Source: Ranitomeya imitator | Taxonomy: Eukaryota | Reading direction: 5' to 3' | NCBI RefSeq assembly: GCF_032444005.1 | Contig: NC_091286.1 | Location: 278,256,001-278,320,000 of the forward strand | DNA length: 64,000 nucleotides | Shown: one piece after another, positions 25,354 through 32,865 of the stretch | Layout of the letters: each line of letters starts with the position of its first letter | Position numbering within the stretch: position 1 is the first letter of the stretch | Program-made: the position numbers and the translations under genes | Notes under the pieces: generated by a model | What the model saw: only the letters and a program-made list of their open reading frames with translations | Databases searched by the model: none | What the model was told of the DNA's origin: nothing

Positions 25354-27058
25354 CTAGATTGTGGCCCGATTCTAACGCATCGGGTATTCTAGAATATGCA
25401 TGTCCCCGTAGTATATGGACAATGATGATTCCAGAATTCGCAGCACACTGTGCCCGTCGCTGATTGGTCGAGGCAACCTTTATGACATCATCGTCGCCAT
25501 GGCAACCATTATGACATCTACGTCGATACTGTGCCCGTCGCTGAATCAGAAACGTGAGATGTCTACGTCCTTTATGACATCATCGTCGCTGTGCCCGTTG
25601 CTGATTGGTTGAGGCCTGGCGGCCTCAACCAATCAGAGACGCGGGATTTCTACGTCGATGCTGTGCCGGCCTCGACCAATCAGAGAGCCGGGATTTCCAG
25701 GACAGACAGACAGACAGACAGACAGATGGAAAAACCCTTAGACAATTATATATGTACTAGATTGTGGCCCGATTCTAACGCATCGGGTATTCTAGAATAT
25801 GCATGTCCCCATAGTATATGGACAATGATGATTCCAGAATTCGCGGCACACTGTGCCTGTCACTGATTGGTCGAGGCAACCTTTATGACATCATCGTCGC
25901 CATGGCAACCATTATGATATCTACGTCGATACTGTGCCCGTCGCTGAATCAGAAACATGAGATGTCTACGTCCTTTATGACATCATCGTCGCTGTGCCTG
26001 TTGCTGATTGGTCGAGGCCTGGCGGCCTCGACCAATCAGAGACCGGCACAGCATCGACGAAGAAATCCCGCCTGGCGGCCTCGACCAATCAGCAACAGGC
26101 ACAGCGACGATGATGTCATAAAGGACGTAGACATCTCATGTTTCTGATTCAGCGACGGGCACAGTATCGACGTAGATGTCATAATGGTTGCCATGGCGAC
26201 GATGATGTCATAAAGGTTGCCTCGACCAATCAGCGACAGGCACAGTGTGCCGCGAATTCTGGAATCATCATTGTCCATATACTATGGGGACATGCATATT
26301 CTAGAATACCCGATACGTTAGAATCGGGCCACAATCTAGTATAGATATAATTGTCTAAGGGTTTTTTCCGTCTGTCTGTCTTTCGGTCTGTCTGTCTTTC
26401 TGTCTGTCTGTCTGTCCTGGAAATCCCGCGTCTCTGATTGGTCGAGGCCGCCAGGCCTCGACCAATCAGCGACGGGCACAGCGACGATGATGTCATAAGG
26501 GATGTAGAAATCCCACGTTTGATTGGTCGAGGTCGCCAGGCCTCGACCAATCAGCAACGGGCACAGCGACGATGATGTCATAAGGGACGTAGAAATCCCA
26601 CGTTTGATTGGTCGAGGTCGCCAGGCCTCGACCAATCAGCAACGGGCACAGCGACGATGATGTCATAAGGGATGTAGAAATCCCACGTTTGATTGGTTGA
26701 GGTCGCCAGGCCTCGACCAATCAGCAACGGGCACAGCGACGATGATGTCATAAAGGACGTAGACATCCCGCGTCTCTGATTGGTCGAGGTCGCCAGGCCT
26801 TGACCAATCAGCAATGGGCACAGCGACGATGATGTCATAAAGGACGTAGAAATCCCACGTTTCTGATTCAGCGACGGGCACAGTATCGATGGAGATGTCA
26901 TAATGGTTGCCATGGCGACGATGATGTCATAAAGGTTGCCTTGACCAATCAGCGAGGGGCACAGTCTGCCGCAAATTCTGGAATCATCATTGTCCATATA
27001 CTACGGGGACATGCATATTCTAGAATACCCGATGCGTTAGAATCGGGCCACAATCTAG
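25354..27058. mobile_element. Four-unit non-autonomous Helitron concatemer arranged -,-,+,+
   Basis: The 3' terminus CCCGAT-gcgttaga-ATCGGG-ccacaat-CTAG occurs at 25354(-), 25757(-), 26339(+) and 27058(+). 5'-type ends carry tataattgtctaaggg and a (GTCT)n microsatellite. Flanks are A (25353) and T (27059) with no TSD. Confidence 0.8.
26450..26880 (+). repeat. 85-bp tandem repeat (about 5 copies) inside Helitron unit 4
   Basis: gcgacgatgatgtcata recurs at 26481, 26566, 26651, 26736 and 26823. Confidence 0.9.
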
Positions 27059-27176
27059 TACTATATAAGGGGGCTATTCTATGGAGGGGCTGCATTATAT
27101 TCTGTGGGGGCTGCATTATACTCTATGAGGGGACTACCATATATTCTATGGAACGGCTATGCTATATGAGGGGGCT

Positions 27177-27924
27177 TGTTATGGCTGGCAATCAGGCAAC
27201 ACAGCGTGCAGTAATCAGCGCACATACAGAGATCTGGCAATAACCAAAAACAATAGGACGAGCTCTGAGACGTGGAATCTCTGTAGACTGCAGTACCTGA
27301 TCTATCCTCACACAACTATAAGCAGCAGTGGATTGCGCCTATCACTACCTATGCAACTCGGCACCGCCTGAGGAGCTGACTAGCCTGAAGATAGAAATAC
27401 AAGCCTGACTTACCTCAGAGAAATACCCCAAAGGAATAGGCAGCCCCCCACATATAATGACTGTTAGCAAGATGAAAAGACAAACGGAGGAATGAAATAG
27501 ATTCAGCAAAGTGAGGCCCGATATTCTAGACAGAGCGAGGATAGCAAAGAGAACTATGCAGTCTACAAAAAACCCTAAAACGAAAACCACGCAAAGGGGC
27601 AAAAAGACCCACCGTGCCGAACTAACAGCACGGCGGTGCACCCCTTTGCTTCTCAGAGCTTCCAGCAAAAGTTAATAGCAAGCTGGACAGAAAAAACAGA
27701 AAACAAACTAGAAGCACTTATCTAGCAGAGCAGCAGGCCCAAGGAAAGATGCAGTAGCTCAGATCCAACACTGGAACATTGACAAGGAGCAAGGAAGACA
27801 GACTCAGGTGGAGCTAAATAGCAAGGCAGCCAACGAGCTCACCAAAACACCTGAGGGAGGAAGCCCAGAGACTGCAATACCACTTGTGACCACAGAAGTG
27901 AACTCAGCCACAGAATTCACAACA
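27177..27924 (-). repeat. 3' LTR of the Gypsy element
   Basis: Direct repeat of 32118-32865; ORF-track translations of the two LTRs are identical. Confidence 0.95.
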
Positions 27925-30900
27925 GTACCCCCCCCTTGAGGAGGGGTCACCGAACCCTCACCAGAACCCCCAGGCCGACCAGGATGAGCCACATGAAAGG
28001 CACGAACAAGATCTGGGGCATGGACATCAGAGGCAAAAACCCAGGTATTATCTTCCTGAGCATAACCCTTCCATTTGACCAGATACTGGAGTTTCCGTCT
28101 AGAGACACGAGAATCCAAAATCTTCTCCACAATATACTCCAATTCCCCCTCCACCAAAACAGGGGCAGGAGGCTCCACAGATGGAACCATAGGTGCCACG
28201 TATCTCCTCAACAACGACCTATGGAATACATTATGTATGGAAAAGGAGTCTGGGAGGGTCAGACGAAAAGACACCGGATTGAGAATCTCAGAAATCCTAT
28301 ACGGACCAATAAAACGAGGTTTAAATTTAGGAGAGGAAACCTTCATAGGAATATGACGAGAAGATAACCAAACCAGATCCCCAACACGAAGTCGGGGTCC
28401 CACACGGCGTCTGCGATTAGCGAAAAGCTGAGCCTTCTCCTGGGACAAGGTCAAATTGTCCACTACCTGAGTCCAGATCTGCTGCAACCTGTCCACCACA
28501 GAATCCACACCAGGACAGTCCGAAGACTCAACCTGTCCTGAAGAGAAACGAGGATGGAACCCAGAATTGCAGAAAAATGGAGAGACCAAGGTAGCCGAGC
28601 TGGCCCGATTATTAAGGGCGAACTCAGCCAACGGCAAAAATGACACCCAATCATCCTGGTCAGCGGAAACAAAACATCTCAGATATGTTTCCAAGGTCTG
28701 ATTGGTTCGTTCGGTCTGGCCATTAGTCTGAGGATGGAAGGCCGAGGAGAAAGATAGGTCAATGCCCATCCTACCACAAAAGGCTCGCCAGAACCTCGAG
28801 ACAAACTGGGAACCTCTGTCAGAAACAATATTCTCAGGAATGCCATGTAAACGAACCACATGCTGGAAGAACAAAGGCACCAAATCAGAGGAGGAAGGCA
28901 ATTTAACCAAGGGCACCAGATGGACCATTTTAGAAAAGCGATCACAGACCACCCAAATGACCGACATTTTTTGAGAAACGGGAAGGTCAGAAATGAAATC
29001 CATCGAAATATGTGTCCAAGGCCTCTTCGGGACCGGCAAGGGCAAAAGCAACCCACTGGCACGTGAACAGCAGGGCTTAGCCCTAGCACAAATTCCACAG
29101 GACTGCACAAAAGCACACACATCCCGTGACAGAGATGGCCACCAGAAGGATCTAGCAACCAACTCCCTGGTACCAAAGATTCCTGGATGACCGGCCAGCA
29201 CCGAACAATGAAGTTCAGAGATAACTTTACTAGTCCACCTATCAGGGACGAACAGTTTCTCGGTCGGACAACGATCAGGTTTATTAGCCTGAAATTTCTG
29301 CAACACTCTCCGCAAATCAGGGGTAATGGCAGACACAATGACTCCTTCCTTGAGGATACTCGCCGGCTCAGATAACCCCGGAGAGTCGGGCACAAAACTC
29401 CTAGACAGAGCATCCGCCTTCACATTTTTAGAGCCCGGAAGGTATGAAATCACAAAATCAAAACGAGCAAAAAATAACGACCAACGGGCCTGTCTAGGAT
29501 TCAAGCGCTTGGCAGACTCAAGATAAGTAAGGTTCTTATGATCAGTCAAAACCACCACGCGATGCTTAGCACCCTCAAGCCAATGACGCCACTCCTCGAA
29601 TGCCCACTTCATGGCCAGCAACTCTCGGTTGCCCACATCATAATTACGCTCAGCAGCAGAAAATTTCCTGGAAAAGAAAGCACATGGTTTGAACACTGAG
29701 CAACCAGAACCTCTCTGTGACAAAACCGCCCCATCACCAATCTCAGAAGCATCAACCTCGACCTGGAACGGAAGAGAAACATCAGGTTGACACAACACAG
29801 GGGCACAGCAAAAACGACGCTTCAACTCCTGAAAAGCTTCCACGGCAGCAGAAGACCAATTAACCAAATCAGCACCCTTCTTGGTCAAATCGGTCAATGG
29901 TCTGGCAATGCTAGAAAAATTACAGATGAAGCGACGATAAAAATTAGCAAAGCCCAGGAATTTCTGCAGACTTTTTAGAGATGTCGGCTGAGTCCAATCC
30001 TGGATGGCCTGAACCTTAACCGGATCCATCTCGATAGTAGAAGGGGAAAAGATGAACCCCAAAAATGAAACTTTCTGCACACCGAAGAGACACTTTGATC
30101 CCTTCACGAACAAGGAATTAGCACGCAGTACCTGGAAAACCATTCTGACTTGCTTCACATGAGACTCCCAATCATCTGAGAAGATCAAAATGTCATCCAA
30201 GTAAACAATCAAGAATTTATCCAGATACTCACGGAAAATGTCATGCATAAAAGACTGAAAAACAGATGGAGCATTGGCAAGTCCGAACGGCATCACCAGA
30301 TACTCAAAATGACCCTCGGGCGTATTAAATGCCGTTTTCCATTCATCTCCCTGCCTGATTCTCACCAGATTATACGCACCACGAAGATCAATCTTAGTAA
30401 ACCAACTAGCCCCCTTAATCCGAGCAAACAAGTCAGAAATCAATGGCAAGGGATACTGAAACTTAACAGTGATCTTATTAAGAAGGCGGTAATCAATACA
30501 CGGTCTTAGCGAACCATCCTTCTTGGCTACAAAAAAGAACCCTGCTCCCAATGGTGACGACGATGGGCGAATATGTCCCTTCTCCAGGGACTCCTTCACA
30601 TAACTGCGCATAGCGGTGTGTTCAGGTACGGACAAATTAAATAAACGACCCTTAGGGAATTTACTACCAGGAATCAAATCGATAGCACAATCACAATTCC
30701 TATGCGGAGGTAGGGCATCAGACTTGGACTCTTCAAATACATCCTGAAAGTCCGACAAGAACTCTGGGATGTCAGAAGGAATGGATGACGAAATAGACAA
30801 AAATGGAACATCACCATGTACTCCCTGACAACCCCAGCTGGTTACCGACATAGAGTTCCAATCCAATACTGGATTATGGGTTTGTAGCCATGGCAACCCC

Positions 30901-32099
30901 AACACGACCACATCATGCAAATTATGCAGTACCAGAAAGCGAATAACTTCCTGATGTGCAGGAGCCATGCACATGGTCAGCTGGGCCCAGTACTGAGGCT
31001 TATTCTTGGCCAAAGGTGTAGCATCAATTCCTCTCAACGGAATAGGACACCGCAAAGGCTCCAAGAAAAATCCACAACGTTTAGCATAATCCAAATCCAT
31101 CAGATTCAGGGCAGCGCCTGAATCCACAAACGCCATGACAGAATACGATGACAAAGAGCACATTAAGGTAATGGACAAAAGGAATTTGGACTGTACAGTA
31201 CCAATAACGGCAGAGCTATCGAACCGCCTAGTGCGTTTAGGACAATTAGAAATAGCATGAGTAGAATCACCACAATAGAAACACAGTCTGTTCAGACGTC
31301 TGTGTTCTTGCCGTTCTACTTTAGTCATAGTCCTGTCGCACTGCATAGGCTCAGGTTTACTCTCAGACAATACCGCCAGATGGTGCACAGATTTACGCTC
31401 GCGCAAGCGACGACCGATCTGAATGGCCAAGGACATAGACTCATTCAAACCAGCAGGCATAGGAAATCCCACCATTACATCCTTAAGAGCTTCAGAGAGA
31501 CACTTTCTGAACAAAGCCGCTAGTGCAGATTCATTCCACAGAGTGAGTACTGACCACTTCCTAAATTTCTGACAATATACTTCTACATCATCCTGACCCT
31601 GGCATAAAGCCAGCAGATTTTTCTCAGCCTGATCCACTGAATTAGGCTCATCGTAAAGCAATCCCAGCGCCTGGAAAAATGCATCAACATTACTCAATGC
31701 AGAATCTCCTGGTGCAAGAGAAAACGCCCAGTCCTGTGGGTTGCCGCGCAAAAAAGAAATAATAATCAAAACCTGTTGAATAGGATTACCAGAAGAATGA
31801 GGTTTCAAGGCCAAAAATAGCTTACAATTATTTCTGAAGCTCAGGAACTTAGTTCTGTCACCAAAAAACAAATCAGGAATCGGAATTCTTGGTTCTAGCA
31901 TCGATTTCTGATCAATAGTATCTTGAATCTTTTGTACATTTACAACGAGATTATCCATTGAGGAGCACAGAGCCTGAATATCCATGTCCACAGCTGTGTC
32001 CTGAAGCACTCTAATGTCTAGGGGAAAAAAAAGACTGAAGACAGAGCTAAGAAAAAAAAATGATGTCAGGATTTCTTTTTTCCCTCTATTGGGAATCAT
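27804..32099 (-). CDS. Gag-Pol polyprotein (gag, CCHC knuckle, protease, RT, RNase H, integrase, chromodomain)
   Basis: CFYCGDSTHAISNC; FVDSGA; YLDDILIF; DAS and TDHKNL; HHCC plus D-D-E (SMDFI, VSDRG, GQTER); GPY; chromodomain EYIVEKILD...YLVKWKGY. The first ATG is at 32099 (the track start at 32132 is a TTG in the LTR); an alternative ATG is at 31985. Confidence 0.95.
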   Translation of the reverse strand: MIPNRGKKEILTSFFFLSSVFSLFFPLDIRVLQDTAVDMDIQALCSSMDNLVVNVQKIQDTIDQKSMLEPRIPIPDLFFGDRTKFLSFRNNCKLFLALKPHSSGNPIQQVLIIISFLRGNPQDWAFSLAPGDSALSNVDAFFQALGLLYDEPNSVDQAEKNLLALCQGQDDVEVYCQKFRKWSVLTLWNESALAALFRKCLSEALKDVMVGFPMPAGLNESMSLAIQIGRRLRERKSVHHLAVLSESKPEPMQCDRTMTKVERQEHRRLNRLCFYCGDSTHAISNCPKRTRRFDSSAVIGTVQSKFLLSITLMCSLSSYSVMAFVDSGAALNLMDLDYAKRCGFFLEPLRCPIPLRGIDATPLAKNKPQYWAQLTMCMAPAHQEVIRFLVLHNLHDVVVLGLPWLQTHNPVLDWNSMSVTSWGCQGVHGDVPFLSISSSIPSDIPEFLSDFQDVFEESKSDALPPHRNCDCAIDLIPGSKFPKGRLFNLSVPEHTAMRSYVKESLEKGHIRPSSSPLGAGFFFVAKKDGSLRPCIDYRLLNKITVKFQYPLPLISDLFARIKGASWFTKIDLRGAYNLVRIRQGDEWKTAFNTPEGHFEYLVMPFGLANAPSVFQSFMHDIFREYLDKFLIVYLDDILIFSDDWESHVKQVRMVFQVLRANSLFVKGSKCLFGVQKVSFLGFIFSPSTIEMDPVKVQAIQDWTQPTSLKSLQKFLGFANFYRRFICNFSSIARPLTDLTKKGADLVNWSSAAVEAFQELKRRFCCAPVLCQPDVSLPFQVEVDASEIGDGAVLSQRGSGCSVFKPCAFFSRKFSAAERNYDVGNRELLAMKWAFEEWRHWLEGAKHRVVVLTDHKNLTYLESAKRLNPRQARWSLFFARFDFVISYLPGSKNVKADALSRSFVPDSPGLSEPASILKEGVIVSAITPDLRRVLQKFQANKPDRCPTEKLFVPDRWTSKVISELHCSVLAGHPGIFGTRELVARSFWWPSLSRDVCAFVQSCGICARAKPCCSRASGLLLPLPVPKRPWTHISMDFISDLPVSQKMSVIWVVCDRFSKMVHLVPLVKLPSSSDLVPLFFQHVVRLHGIPENIVSDRGSQFVSRFWRAFCGRMGIDLSFSSAFHPQTNGQTERTNQTLETYLRCFVSADQDDWVSFLPLAEFALNNRASSATLVSPFFCNSGFHPRFSSGQVESSDCPGVDSVVDRLQQIWTQVVDNLTLSQEKAQLFANRRRRVGPRLRVGDLVWLSSRHIPMKVSSPKFKPRFIGPYRISEILNPVSFRLTLPDSFSIHNVFHRSLLRRYVAPMVPSVEPPAPVLVEGELEYIVEKILDSRVSRRKLQYLVKWKGYAQEDNTWVFASDVHAPDLVRAFHVAHPGRPGGSGEGSVTPPQGGGTVVNSVAEFTSVVTSGIAVSGLPPSGVLVSSLAALLFSST

Positions 32100-32106
32100 T
32101 GGTGTG

Positions 32107-32115
32107 GCTCCTTGT
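32107..32115 (-). promoter_or_regulatory. Primer-binding site complementary to its own LTR (self-priming type)
   Basis: Minus-strand ACAAGGAGC, 2 nt downstream of the 5' LTR, is the exact complement of GCTCCTTGT at 32731-32723. It lacks the TGG start of tRNA-primed PBSs. Confidence 0.75.
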
Positions 32116-32117
32116 AC

Positions 32118-32865
32118 TGTTATGGCTGGCAATCAGGCAACACAGCGTGCAGTAATCAGCGCACATACAGAGATCTGGCAATAACCAAAAACAATAGGAC
32201 GAGCTCTGAGACGTGGAATCTCTGTAGACTGCAGTACCTGATCTATCCTCACACAACTATAAGCAGCAGTGGATTGCGCCTATCACTACCTATGCAACTC
32301 GGCACCGCCTGAGGAGCTGACTAGCCTGAAGATAGAAATACAAGCCTGACTTACCTCAGAGAAATACCCCAAAGGAATAGGCAGCCCCCCACATATAATG
32401 ACTGTTAGCAAGATGAAAAGACAAACGGAGGAATGAAATAGATTCAGCAAAGTGAGGCCCGATATTCTAGACAGAGCGAGGATAGCAAAGAGAACTATGC
32501 AGTCTACAAAAAACCCTAAAACGAAAACCACGCAAAGGGGCAAAAAGACCCACCGTGCCGAACTAACAGCACGGCGGTGCACCCCTTTGCTTCTCAGAGC
32601 TTCCAGCAAAAGTTAATAGCAAGCTGGACAGAAAAAACAGAAAACAAACTAGAAGCACTTATCTAGCAGAGCAGCAGGCCCAAGGAAAGATGCAGTAGCT
32701 CAGATCCAACACTGGAACATTGACAAGGAGCAAGGAAGACAGACTCAGGTGGAGCTAAATAGCAAGGCAGCCAACGAGCTCACCAAAACACCTGAGGGAG
32801 GAAGCCCAGAGACTGCAATACCACTTGTGACCACAGAAGTGAACTCAGCCACAGAATTCACAACA
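32118..32865 (-). repeat. 5' LTR of the Gypsy element
   Basis: TGTTG...TAACA on the minus strand; TATA-like TATTTAG at 32761-32755. Confidence 0.95.

Larger units (their letters stand above)
19155..25404. repeat. Right arm of 12.9-kb palindrome (6250 bp)
   Basis: Reverse complement of 12527-18727 plus one extra 49-bp minisatellite block near 24.9 kb. Confidence 0.97.
27177..32865 (-). mobile_element. Full-length chromodomain Ty3/Gypsy LTR retrotransposon (Tf1/sushi-like)
   Basis: Two 748-bp LTRs (27177-27924 and 32118-32865, offset 4941) with TG...CA ends. PPT AAGGGGGGGG before the 3' LTR, an uninterrupted polyprotein ORF, and flanking GGGGCT duplication. Confidence 0.97.

Noticed and set aside
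12527-25404. The whole palindrome as one Foldback-type or TIR transposon with 6-kb TIRs
   Set aside because: The outer ends are not element termini (they cut a Helitron 51 bp from its end), there is no TSD, and the right arm is continuous with native flanking structures.
24698-25463. ORFs of 100-160 aa with repeated YIILWG/LYSMG motifs (also 12486-13184 and 33396-33856)
   Set aside because: Translations of a minisatellite.
26450-26900. Regularly spaced palindromic repeats resembling a CRISPR array
   Set aside because: The 85-bp units are repeated in full with no unique spacers, the context is eukaryotic, and there are no cas genes.
27936-31523. Many + and alternative - frame ORFs overlapping the Gypsy polyprotein
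   Set aside because: Shadow ORFs of a long coding region, with no domain motifs.
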